Assembly: GCA_039194325.1 (NCBI GenBank)
Contig: JBCCWC010000006.1
Location: 32,001-96,000 of the forward strand
Length of the DNA stretch: 64,000 nucleotides
From: Myxococcota bacterium
GTDB lineage: Bacteria > Myxococcota_A > Polyangia > Nannocystales > Nannocystaceae
Reading direction: 5' to 3'
The notes below the pieces were generated by a model, which worked only from the letters and a program-made list of their open reading frames with translations, ran no database searches and was not told the origin of the DNA. The stretch's first letter is position 1. The number at the start of each line of letters is the position of its first letter. The position numbers were made by a program, and so were the translations under genes. Positions 23,555 through 32,880 of the stretch are shown here, in pieces.

Positions 23555-23887
23555 ATGTCAACCTTCGGATTCGTCTCCCACCAGTGCGTCGGGCATCTTG
23601 CCCGCAAGATCGGCAACGGCTCGATCGTCGTCACCATGTCGACCTCGACCAAGGAAGCCGCCACGCTCGACCGAACCTCCTTCGTCATTCAGCTCACCAA
23701 CGCCCAGGGCGAAGCCAAGAGCATCGACCTGCCGCTCGCCACGCCCAAGATCTCGGGTGATCGCGCCGAATTCCAGTGGCTGCTCTCCGACGCCGATCGC
23801 CCGGCCGGCGCCGTGCTGAGCATGTGGCAGTACGACGGTACCCGCTTCGACCTCGAGCTGGCTCTGGCGATCCAGGGCGCCGCCTGA
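23555..23887 (+). CDS. Small hypothetical beta-rich protein
   Basis: aaggaacgga RBS-like sequence, strong GC3 codon bias, 110 aa. Confidence 0.65.
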   Translation: MSTFGFVSHQCVGHLARKIGNGSIVVTMSTSTKEAATLDRTSFVIQLTNAQGEAKSIDLPLATPKISGDRAEFQWLLSDADRPAGAVLSMWQYDGTRFDLELALAIQGAA

Positions 23888-24152
23888 GCCGCCCTCGGCC
23901 CCGGCGCTACGCGACCCGGCCCTCTGCCAGCCGTTCCCGCGGGCTGCTCTCGGTAATGGGAGCAGCCTTTGCTCTTATTAGTGGGAGAGCAACCACCTAT
24001 AGACAGCGTGGCCCGACGACAAATCGTAGACCCGTGACCACGAGTCGTGTCGAGCCCCGGGAACAGGGTCATCTGTGTGTCGACCGGCGGAGGCACGCAC
24101 GCCATGAGCCCCTGCCCAACCGCCGTCTGTCCGTAGGTGTACCCTTACATGC

Positions 24153-24605
24153 ATGACATACATACACGCGCAGGCTCACTCCACGCCTTCACCACGGCGG
24201 CTCACATGGAGCCTCGTCCTCATTCTCGCGGGATGCACCGCCGCTGAAGACGGTACCGAGGACCGAGACTACGAGAACGTGGGCCGCGTCTGCGTGAGCG
24301 GACAGCAGGATCGAGCGCACCAGGTCGAGGTCGACTTCGACGTCTGTCTGAGCTCGTCCTGTGACGAGCTCATCGAGGCTTCGTGTACGACCACGCTCGA
24401 AGGAACCACCCTCAGGGTCGAGGCCATCGCCACGGTCCGCTCCGAGACCGGGCCCGACGTCATCTGCACCGCGGACTGCGGACCAGCCACGACGACCTGC
24501 GAGACCCCCGAGCTCTCGCCTGGAATATATACCGTGGTCTACGGCGAGCAACAGACCGAGCTCACCGTGCCGGCGGCTGAGCCCAGCTGTTCCAGCACGC
24601 TCTGA
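24153..24605 (+). CDS. Cys-rich lipoprotein
   Basis: Lipobox LILAGC; CLSSSC, CTADC and ELSPGIYTVVYG. Confidence 0.75.
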   Translation: MTYIHAQAHSTPSPRRLTWSLVLILAGCTAAEDGTEDRDYENVGRVCVSGQQDRAHQVEVDFDVCLSSSCDELIEASCTTTLEGTTLRVEAIATVRSETGPDVICTADCGPATTTCETPELSPGIYTVVYGEQQTELTVPAAEPSCSSTL

Positions 24606-24765
24606 TTCGCCGCGCTTGGGCGGGTCATTGGGCGGGTCATTCGGTGGATGGATCACCGGATGGATCACTGGATCGATCCGCCCACCGCTCCGCTCACAGA
24701 TCATCGGCTCGAGCGCCTTCCGAGTCGCCGCCCCACAGTCGTATGCTCCCGACCTCTCCGAGGTC

Positions 24766-25752
24766 ATGCCCGCGCTTCACTACTATATTCACGGGCGGGG
24801 CCGCGGCCACGCGACACGCTCACGAGCGGTCATCACCCGCTTGCGCGAAGCCGGACACGAGGTCGTCGCGTTCGCGGGCGCCGATGCCGAGCCCTTGCTC
24901 CGCGATCACGTCGACACCCGACCCGTCGCTTCGCTACTGCCCGGCACCGGCTGGGGCTTACCCCGCCTGCTTGGCTCGCGCGTGCGTATGGCGATCAAGG
25001 CGCTGCGCCAAGAACGAGCCCCGTTGGTGATCTCCGACGGAGATCTCCCCGGGGTGATCGCCGCCCGGCTCACCTTCCGACCGGCGATCGCGGTGGGTCA
25101 CGGGCTGGTCTTCTACTGCTGCAAGCGACCACAGCAGCTCCCCCACGAGGCCTGGCGCCGCGAGGCCTCCAAAGCCTGGATCTCCTCGCTCGGGGCGCAT
25201 CGGCGCATCGCCGTGAGCTTCGTGCCGCTGCCCGTAGAGCGCGGTCGGCTCGCGCGCCCAGCGGTCGAGCACGCCCATGCGGCCCCCCGCACATTCGACG
25301 GCCCCGTGTTGTGCTACTTCCGCGATGGTGCCCCTCGCCCCGTGCTCGAGTGCCTCGGCGCCCTCCGACGACCCGTGATCCTCTTCTCCCTCAAAGACCC
25401 CGAGGTCGCGGGAATCCGGCATGAGCCGTTGTCTCGCGAGCGCTTCTCCTATGTCCAGCGGATCGCCCGAGCGGTGGTGGCGAGCGCGGGCAGCCAGCTG
25501 ATCAGCGAGTGCGTGGCTCACGGCACTCCCCTTCTGGCCCTCCACGCTCCCGACGATGACGAGCAAGCGCTCAACGTGGCCATGCTGCGGCAGGCCGGCT
25601 TCGGCGACGGGTTCCCGATCACCGAGTTCGACCAAGCGCGCCTAGAGCGGTTCATGGCCCGAGACCCGAAGCTGCTTCCCACCTGGGACGCCCCCGACGT
25701 GGGGACCGCGGTGCTCGAGGAAGTCCACGACCTGCTGCGAGGCAGACGGTGA
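24766..25752 (+). CDS. GT-B glycosyltransferase (GT28 C-terminal / MJ1255-like)
   Basis: YYIHGRGRGHATRS, VISDGD, VVASAGSQLISEC and EQALN. Confidence 0.85.
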   Translation: MPALHYYIHGRGRGHATRSRAVITRLREAGHEVVAFAGADAEPLLRDHVDTRPVASLLPGTGWGLPRLLGSRVRMAIKALRQERAPLVISDGDLPGVIAARLTFRPAIAVGHGLVFYCCKRPQQLPHEAWRREASKAWISSLGAHRRIAVSFVPLPVERGRLARPAVEHAHAAPRTFDGPVLCYFRDGAPRPVLECLGALRRPVILFSLKDPEVAGIRHEPLSRERFSYVQRIARAVVASAGSQLISECVAHGTPLLALHAPDDDEQALNVAMLRQAGFGDGFPITEFDQARLERFMARDPKLLPTWDAPDVGTAVLEEVHDLLRGRR

Positions 25753-28751
25753 GCGCCGCCGAGCGTGGCACCCCTCGCACCCGCCGGCTCGCCGTCTTCA
25801 TCGAGCGCCGGGCCGGACTCGTGGTGCTGCTGACCGTGGTCTTCGCGATCGTGGCCGGGCTGGGAGCATCCAATCTGCGGATCGACCAGCGTCTGCGCAA
25901 GCTACTGCCCGATCACTTCCCCTCGGTCGCCGGTATGGATCGCGTGGCCGAGCGCCTGGGCAACCAGAGCAACATCTATGTGAGCATCGCCAGCCCCTCT
26001 GGCGAGGCCAACGTCGGCTTCGGCGACGCGCTGGCGACCGAGCTCGAGGGCCACCCCGATCTTCGCTGGTCGCTCTTTCGCCGAGACGACACGTTCTTCG
26101 AGCGCCACGCCCTGTTCTACGCCAGCATCGACGACCTGCTCGACCTGCGTCGCCGGGTCATCGAGCGGATCTTCGAGGAGACCCGCACCGCCGCCTATGG
26201 CGATCTTTCCTTGCTCGATGAGGAGCCGGCCCCAAACGCGAGCGAGGGCCCCGGCTCAGACCCCGGCCCAGCTCCAGGCCCAGACTCAGGCAACGCCGAC
26301 GACCCCGACCCCACCGCGCTTGGGCTCGACGAGGACGAGCTGCGCCGACGCTACGGGCTCGACGAAGGTCGCTCGGAGTTCTTCGAAGCCGACGAGGGCC
26401 GGCTGCTCGTGCTCAAGGCGCGCCCGATCCACGAGAGCACCGATCTGGACTTCGCCCGTCGCTTGCAAGCCGACCTCGAGCAGAAGATCGCCACGCTCGA
26501 CCCCGCCCGCTTCCACCCGCACATGAAGGTCGGCCTGCACGGCAGCTTCGTGCAGCACGGCCAGCGGGTCAAGCAGCTGCAAGGCGACGTCATCGGCGGC
26601 ACCGCGGCGGCGATCGCCGCGCTGTTGCTGAGCATCGCGATCTACTTTCGCAGCGCCCGCGCGGTGCTCCTGGTGCTCGGCCCGCTGCTGGTCGCCGGCG
26701 TGGGCGCCCTGGGCTTTGCGTGGCTCGTCTACGACGTGCTCAACCTCGTCTCGGCGTTCATCTTTGCCGTACTGCTGGGGCTGGGCATCGACTTCGCGGT
26801 CCACGTGCTGGCTCGCTACCGCGACGAACGAGCCCGCGGACACCGGCGCCCCACCGCCATCGCCATCACCCTGGCCACCACCGGGCGCTCCACCCTGGCC
26901 GGCGGCGTGGGCACTGGGCTGGCTTTTTGTGCCCTCACCATCGCTGACTTCCAGGGGTTCGCGCAGTTTGGCGTGGTCGCCAGCTTCGGCCTGGTGCTGG
27001 CCATGCTCGCCGCGCTCGTGGTCATGCCCGCCGCGCTCGTGCTCAGCGAGCGCTGGCGCCCCTGGGCTCCGCCGCCCCCTCGCACCTCGTCTGCTCGGTC
27101 CTCGCACCGGCTGGGTCGTCCGGTCATGATCGGGGTCACCATGCTCGCGGTGGGCGGCGCCGCGGTGGCCCTCTACGCTGGGCTGCACGCGCGCGACCTG
27201 GAGTTCGAATACGACTTCCGTGCGATGGGTCCCCGCAAGGCCCAGGCCGCCGAGAAGGCCGCCGAGCGGCAGATCACCTATCGAGATGCGATCGGCCGCG
27301 CCCAGACGGTGGCGCCTGCCATCGCGCTGACCGAGGATCGCGCCCAGGCCGAGTCCCTGTACCGCCAGCTCACCGTGCTTCGGCTGATGACCCCCGAAGA
27401 AGCCGAGGCCCTCACGCCGATCGCCGCGAGCCGCGAACCCAGCCTCGCCGACGTGGTCTCGCCGCAGGGGATGGACAAGCCTTCGGTGGGGTCGACTCCA
27501 GACGAGCCCCCGCCTGGCGAGCCCGCCCAGCCTGCGGTGGCCAGCCCTACGGTTGCTGGCGATGACTGGGACGCCGACCCCGAGGACTGGGTCGACCCCA
27601 CCCGCGCCGATGATGACTGGGCCGACCCCACCCGGGCCGATGACGACTGGGACGCCGATCCCGAGGACTGGGCCGATCCTGCCGACAACCGGGCCGACGA
27701 CCGGGCCGACGACCGGGCCGCCCGCCCTCGCGCTCCTGGGATCGACGACCCTCGCTTCACCGCGATCGCCCAGGCCGAGCGAGCCCGCACCCTCCCCGAC
27801 GCGCTGACCCAGCAGACACTGCACACCTATGAGCCCGCCCGACGGATCGACATGGCCGATCGCCTGCGCGCGGTCACGTCGATCGATGCGTTCATCCCCA
27901 CCGGGCAAGCGGCCAAGCTCGAGATCATCGCCGATATTCGGGCTCGCATCGACGACAAGCGCGACGCAATGTCCAGCGCCACCCAGGAGGAGATCGACGC
28001 CTGGTACGACAAGCTCACCCTCACCGAGCCCATCGACGTCGGTGATCTGCCTCCCTGGGTGCAGCAGCAGTTCACCGACGCCCGCGGCGAAGTCGGCCGC
28101 TTCGTGGTGATCCGCACCGGGGGCTCCAAGGCCGACTACCTCAACTCGCGGCGGATCTACGACGCCTTCGCCACCCTACACACCCCTTCGGGCGAGATCC
28201 CGGTCGCGGCCGAGTTCTTCGTGCTCCCCGAGGTCTTCGAGGCCATCGAGGCCGACGGGCCCCGCGTGCTGCTGCTGGCCGGGCTGGCCATGCTCTTGAC
28301 CGCCGCCGTCGCTTTTCGCGGGGCCGCGGGTGTTGCCGCCGTCTCGCTGGTGGTGGGTAGCACCCTATTGTGGCTGGTCGCGCTGATGCTGGCGCTGGGC
28401 TGGAAGCTCAACTTCTTCAACGTGATCGTGCTTCCCTTGCTCATCGGCATGGCCCAGGACGACGCTCTGCACATCTACGAGCGCTGGCGTGAGGCCGGCC
28501 GCGCCCAGCTGGGCATGGTGCTCCGTGAGACCGGGGGCGCGGTGTTCCTGACCACCCTGACCACTGTCTGCGGTTTTGCGGGGATCCTCTTCGCCAACCA
28601 CCGGGGGCTCCAGTCGATGGCGTGGGCCGCCGTCTGTGGTATGACCCTGGCCCTCATCGCCTCGGTGGTCCTGCTCCCCGCCACGCTCTGGGTCGCCGAG
28701 GGGCTCTTCTCTCGACGCGATCGATCGCCCGGACAAGCCGACGAGACCTGA
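25749..28751 (+). CDS. MMPL/RND-family transporter (HpnN-like)
   Basis: Two 1+5 TM repeats; LLGLGIDFAVH and LIGMAQDDALH; GTGA overlap with the GT. Confidence 0.9.
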   Translation: MSAAERGTPRTRRLAVFIERRAGLVVLLTVVFAIVAGLGASNLRIDQRLRKLLPDHFPSVAGMDRVAERLGNQSNIYVSIASPSGEANVGFGDALATELEGHPDLRWSLFRRDDTFFERHALFYASIDDLLDLRRRVIERIFEETRTAAYGDLSLLDEEPAPNASEGPGSDPGPAPGPDSGNADDPDPTALGLDEDELRRRYGLDEGRSEFFEADEGRLLVLKARPIHESTDLDFARRLQADLEQKIATLDPARFHPHMKVGLHGSFVQHGQRVKQLQGDVIGGTAAAIAALLLSIAIYFRSARAVLLVLGPLLVAGVGALGFAWLVYDVLNLVSAFIFAVLLGLGIDFAVHVLARYRDERARGHRRPTAIAITLATTGRSTLAGGVGTGLAFCALTIADFQGFAQFGVVASFGLVLAMLAALVVMPAALVLSERWRPWAPPPPRTSSARSSHRLGRPVMIGVTMLAVGGAAVALYAGLHARDLEFEYDFRAMGPRKAQAAEKAAERQITYRDAIGRAQTVAPAIALTEDRAQAESLYRQLTVLRLMTPEEAEALTPIAASREPSLADVVSPQGMDKPSVGSTPDEPPPGEPAQPAVASPTVAGDDWDADPEDWVDPTRADDDWADPTRADDDWDADPEDWADPADNRADDRADDRAARPRAPGIDDPRFTAIAQAERARTLPDALTQQTLHTYEPARRIDMADRLRAVTSIDAFIPTGQAAKLEIIADIRARIDDKRDAMSSATQEEIDAWYDKLTLTEPIDVGDLPPWVQQQFTDARGEVGRFVVIRTGGSKADYLNSRRIYDAFATLHTPSGEIPVAAEFFVLPEVFEAIEADGPRVLLLAGLAMLLTAAVAFRGAAGVAAVSLVVGSTLLWLVALMLALGWKLNFFNVIVLPLLIGMAQDDALHIYERWREAGRAQLGMVLRETGGAVFLTTLTTVCGFAGILFANHRGLQSMAWAAVCGMTLALIASVVLLPATLWVAEGLFSRRDRSPGQADET

Positions 28752-29971
28752 TGCGCGTCATGTTGGTCAGCCAGGACTTCCCCCCCCACGTAGGCGGGAT
28801 CCAGACCTACTGCCTTGAGCTCGCCCGGCGTCTGGTCCGGTGGTGCGACGCCCTCGAGGTGGTCGCCCCGGCCGTCCCTGGCGCGCCGGTTCTCGACCGT
28901 ACTCTGCCCTTCCCCGTGCGACGCGTCCGCTCCTCGACCGATGCGTTAGTGGTTCGGGGGCTCCCCACCTTGTGGAGTCGAGCATGGCGCGGACGCTTCG
29001 ATGTGGCCTTTCATGCCCAGTGGACCACCGCGGCGGGCTCGCTGCTCGCCCGCGCTACGGGCCGCCCACGGCGGGTCTTCGTGGCCGCCCACGGTCGCGA
29101 GCTGCTGCTGCGTCCCGCCCAGCGCGTGCCGGCCGTCCAGCGCCTCTACGACGCCGCTCGTCGTCGGGTGCTTCATCGCGCCGACGGGATCTTCGCTGTC
29201 AGCCGCTACACTGCCGGTCTGGCGCGTGAGCTGGGCGTCGACCCAAGCAAGATCCACGTCGTCCCCAATGGGGTCGACGCTCAGCGCTTCGATCTGTCTG
29301 AGGCCGACCGCCGGATCGCGGCCTTCCGTCGCCGTCACGATCTGGTGGGCCGCCCCTTCTTTGCCACCGTTGCTCGCTTGATGCCGCACAAGGGCATCGA
29401 CACCGCGATCCGGGCCCTCCCTGCGCTACACCGCACGATCCCCGAGGCCACCTACGTGGTGGTCGGCGACGGCCCCGACGCCGAGCGTCTACAACACCTC
29501 GCCCGTCGCCTCGGGGTGAGCGACGCCGTGCGCTTCCTGGGCCGAGTCTCCGACGCCGAGGTCGTCGATGCCCTGCTCGCCTGCGATGCCTTCGCCCTGC
29601 TCTCCCGCGAGTCGCGGCCCGACGTGGAGGGCTTTGGCCTCGTCTTGCTCGAGGCGGGTGCATGCGGGCGCCCCGTGCTCGGGGCCCATAGCGGAGGCAT
29701 TCCCGACGCGGTGGCCGATGGCGACTCGGGCCTGCTGGTCGCTCCCGAGGATCCTTCGGCCGCCGCCGCCGCCCTCGGCCGATTGCTCGGTGATCCCGCG
29801 CTCGCTTCACGCCTCGGGGAGGGTGGACGACACCGAGCCCGCGACGTACTCACCTGGGAGCGCGCCGCCCGGGCCATCTACGAGGCCATGCGCGCCTCGC
29901 TGTCCGAGTCCAGCGTCCCCCCTCCCGCCAGCGACGAGCGCTCCGACGCCGAGCCTTCGCTGCCGCAGTGA
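28751..29971 (+). CDS. GT4 glycosyltransferase (PimB-like)
   Basis: SQDFPPHVGGIQ, AHGRE, VPNGVD, RLMPHKGID and EGFGLVLLEAGACG. Confidence 0.92.
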   Translation: MRVMLVSQDFPPHVGGIQTYCLELARRLVRWCDALEVVAPAVPGAPVLDRTLPFPVRRVRSSTDALVVRGLPTLWSRAWRGRFDVAFHAQWTTAAGSLLARATGRPRRVFVAAHGRELLLRPAQRVPAVQRLYDAARRRVLHRADGIFAVSRYTAGLARELGVDPSKIHVVPNGVDAQRFDLSEADRRIAAFRRRHDLVGRPFFATVARLMPHKGIDTAIRALPALHRTIPEATYVVVGDGPDAERLQHLARRLGVSDAVRFLGRVSDAEVVDALLACDAFALLSRESRPDVEGFGLVLLEAGACGRPVLGAHSGGIPDAVADGDSGLLVAPEDPSAAAAALGRLLGDPALASRLGEGGRHRARDVLTWERAARAIYEAMRASLSESSVPPPASDERSDAEPSLPQ

Positions 29972-29983
29972 TCCGCAGCGCCC

Positions 29984-30775
29984 GTGCACCTCATCGACAT
30001 CGGCCTCAACCTCGCCCACCGCTCGTTCGACAGCGATCGAGCGCGTGTGCTCGAGCGAGCCCAGGATGCCGGCGTGATCCACATGGTGGTCACCGGCACC
30101 AGCCTCCCCGCCAGTCGTCGTGGCATCGAGCTGGCCCAAGCCCACCCTGGGCTGCTCTCGGCCACCGCCGGCGTCCACCCCCACGACGCCAAGCACTGGG
30201 ACCATGACTCGCCGGCCACCCTCCGGGCGCTGGCTGATCGTCCCCAGGTGCTCGCGATCGGCGAGTGCGGGCTCGACTTCGATCGAGATTTCTCTCCTCG
30301 CCCCGCTCAGCAGCGCTGCTTCGAGGAGCAACTGGAGATCGCCGCGGAGATCGGCCTGCCCGTGTTCCTCCACGAGCGCCGCGCTCACGCCCGCTTTGCG
30401 GAGATCCTGGCCGTATACCGGCCTCGGCTGTGCGACGTGGTCGTGCATTGCTTCACCGGCCGTCGATCCGAGCTTCGTCGCTACCTCGATCTCGACGCCC
30501 ACATCGGAATCACCGGCTGGATCTGCGACGAGCGGCGGGGCCAGGAGCTCCGGGGCATCGTGGCCGAGATCCCCGCCGAGCGCCTGATGATCGAGACCGA
30601 CGCGCCCTTCCTCACGCCTCGCGACCTGCGACCCAAGCCGCCGCGACGCAACGAGCCCGCCTTCTTGCCGCACGTTCTGCGTGCGGTCGCGCGGTGCCGC
30701 GGCGACGAGCCCGAGGCGCTGGCCGGGGCGGTGATGACGACCACGTGCCGATTCTTCGGGCTGAAGCTACGGTGA
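29984..30775 (+). CDS. tatD: TatD-family DNase
   Basis: IDIGLNL, TAGVHPH, IGECGLD, FLHER, VHCFTG and ETDAPFL. Confidence 0.92.
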   Translation: MHLIDIGLNLAHRSFDSDRARVLERAQDAGVIHMVVTGTSLPASRRGIELAQAHPGLLSATAGVHPHDAKHWDHDSPATLRALADRPQVLAIGECGLDFDRDFSPRPAQQRCFEEQLEIAAEIGLPVFLHERRAHARFAEILAVYRPRLCDVVVHCFTGRRSELRRYLDLDAHIGITGWICDERRGQELRGIVAEIPAERLMIETDAPFLTPRDLRPKPPRRNEPAFLPHVLRAVARCRGDEPEALAGAVMTTTCRFFGLKLR

Positions 30776-31062
30776 CTTTCTCCTCGCCCTGTCCAGGATC
30801 GCGGCTAGATTTCCCACGATCTGGGTTCCCTACGATCTGGCAAGATCCCAGACTCCAGCGACGAGGAGCACCCAATGATCGCCCTGCCCCCTGATGTGTG
30901 GATCATGACGAGCGACGGACAGCCGCCGTGCTTGTGTCTCGACCACCGGTCTGCTCAGCCACTTCGGCTCGCATCGATCACCAGCGCGCTCCGACGTACG
31001 ATTTCGAGCTATCGATTTCGGGCTCTATCATCCCTTATGATGCTGAATTTCGCATTTTCGAT

Positions 31063-31082
31063 CGTCTCAGCCTGCTGAGACG
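31063..31082. promoter_or_regulatory. Perfect inverted repeat in the cas6 leader
   Basis: cgtctcagc-ct-gctgagacg, just upstream of a cataat -10-like hexamer (31092-31097). Confidence 0.5.
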
Positions 31083-31122
31083 TGCACCTCGCATAATGAG
31101 CTCGACGATGGGGGTCGTGCGA

Positions 31123-31731
31123 ATGGAGCGCAAGGAATTCGTCGACGTCGGCTTTCCCGCCCGAGGGTGCACGCTGCCCGTCGATCATGGGTATCTCCTG
31201 TTCAGCGCGCTGTGCCACCTGATCCCCCGGTTGCGAGACGAACCCGAGTGGGGGGTACACCCGGTGCTCGGTCGGCCGATCGGCTCGACGCACCTCGAGC
31301 TATTCCAGCATTCCCTGGTGCAGCTGCGCGTGCCGACCAACCACGTCGGCTACGTCACCGAGCTCGGGTCGCAGTCTGTACGCGTGGGTCGGCACCTGCT
31401 CAAGCTTGGGGTGCCCAGCGTCTACCCGCTGCAGCCGGCCCGAAACCTGAGGTCGCGCTGCGTCACGGTGCACGGTCACGAAGAGCCCGAGCGATTCGAG
31501 CATGCCTTGCGCCGTGAGCTCTTGAGTCTGCCTGGCCTACCCGACGTCACCGACATCGAGATCCACGTGAGTGAGCGTTGCTACGTACGCACGCGCTCTC
31601 ACGTCGTTCCCGGCTTCGAGGTCACGCTGAGCAACATCGAGCCCGAGACCTCGCTGTGTATACAGGCCCACGGCGTGGGCGGGCGTCGCTATCTGGGGCT
31701 GGGGTTGTTCATGCCTCATCGCCCTGGCTGA
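31123..31731 (+). CDS. cas6: Orphan type I-MYXAN Cas6/Cmx6 endoribonuclease homolog
   Basis: VDVGFPARGCTLPVDHGYLLFSAL, GVHPV, LRVP, LRSRCV and the C-terminal G-loop SLCIQAHGVGGRRYLGLGLFMP (GhGxxxxxGhG). Alternative starts at 31096 and 31108. Confidence 0.85.
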   Translation: MERKEFVDVGFPARGCTLPVDHGYLLFSALCHLIPRLRDEPEWGVHPVLGRPIGSTHLELFQHSLVQLRVPTNHVGYVTELGSQSVRVGRHLLKLGVPSVYPLQPARNLRSRCVTVHGHEEPERFEHALRRELLSLPGLPDVTDIEIHVSERCYVRTRSHVVPGFEVTLSNIEPETSLCIQAHGVGGRRYLGLGLFMPHRPG

Positions 31732-31831
31732 GGGAGCCTCGTGTCCCGCCCAGCCGCGTCCTGCCCAGCCGCCCAGGCGGCGATAGCTCGCGATCCGTTG
31801 ACCTTCGCCAGCGGAGCCGTAGGTTCCGGTC

Positions 31832-32845
31832 ATGACCTTCCCGCCCGTCACCGCTCCTCGCGTCGCCATCATCGGGGGTGGCCTCGCCGGGTTGACCTGC
31901 GCCCGCGTCCTACACCACCACGGCGTCGACGCGCAGATCTTCGACAAGGCCCGTAAGCCCGGCGGTCGGCTCTCCACCCGACACACCGATCGGGGCCTGA
32001 CCTTCGATCACGGCGCGCAGTACTTCACGATCCGCAACCCCTGGTTTCGCCGGGCCTTAGCGCCTCTGGTCGAGGCCGGCACCGTCGCTCGCTTCCGCGG
32101 TCGGATCGCCGTCGCTGGGCCTGCGGGGATCGAGCAAGCTGGCCCGAGCACCGAGCGCTGGGTCGGCGTGCCGACCATGAGCGCGCTGCCCCGAGCCTTG
32201 GCCGAGGGCCTGTCGGTGCACCCCCACGCGCGCATCGAATCGCTCAGCCGCACCGGCGAGCGGTGGTCCCTGCGGGCCGAGGACGGTCGGCAGTGGGGAG
32301 GCTTCGATCGGGTGGCGATCACGATCCCCGCTGGGCAGGCCGCCGCCTTGCTGACCGACCTGCCCGCGCTGCAGCAGGTGGCCGCGACCTCACCCATGCG
32401 CCCTTGCTGGGCGGCGATGCTGACCTTCGACCAGCCCGCCAGCGCCGGCTACGACGCGGCGTTCGTCCAGCGGTCGCCCTTGAGCTGGGTGATGCGCCAG
32501 CCCAGCAAGCCCCAGCGACCCCCGACCGAGGCGTGGGTGCTGCACGCCTCGCCCGAGTGGACCGAGGCCCACTGGGACGCGGAACCTTCCTGGGTCGTCG
32601 ACGCTCTAGTCGATGCATGGCGAGACCGAGGAGGGCCGGATCCCTCGTGGGTGGTCGACGCCCTCGCACATCGCTGGCGTTACGCGCTGGTCGATCCCCA
32701 GGCCGCCCCGCGTGCCCTCGGCGACGATCGAGCCGGCGTGACGCTCGCGGGAGACTGGCTCGGGGGAGGTCGGGTCGAGGGCGCCTTCCTCAGCGGTCGA
32801 CGAGCCGCGGCGGGTTTGCTCCGCTCGCTCCGACACGCCCTTTGA
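31832..32845 (+). CDS. Renalase-like NAD/FAD-dependent oxidoreductase
   Basis: IIGGGLAG, FDKARKPGGRLSTR, FDHGAQYF, HRWRYA and GDWLGGGRVEGAFLSG. Confidence 0.92.
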   Translation: MTFPPVTAPRVAIIGGGLAGLTCARVLHHHGVDAQIFDKARKPGGRLSTRHTDRGLTFDHGAQYFTIRNPWFRRALAPLVEAGTVARFRGRIAVAGPAGIEQAGPSTERWVGVPTMSALPRALAEGLSVHPHARIESLSRTGERWSLRAEDGRQWGGFDRVAITIPAGQAAALLTDLPALQQVAATSPMRPCWAAMLTFDQPASAGYDAAFVQRSPLSWVMRQPSKPQRPPTEAWVLHASPEWTEAHWDAEPSWVVDALVDAWRDRGGPDPSWVVDALAHRWRYALVDPQAAPRALGDDRAGVTLAGDWLGGGRVEGAFLSGRRAAAGLLRSLRHAL

Positions 32846-32880
32846 CGCTGCACGGCCCGCGAATCCTGGTGGTCGCGCGA

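Noticed and set aside
29984..31731. tatD + cas6 as a joint defence module
   Set aside because: TatD looks like the ordinary housekeeping type, coupled to the GT operon and separated from cas6 by about 350 nt that appear to carry their own promoter features.
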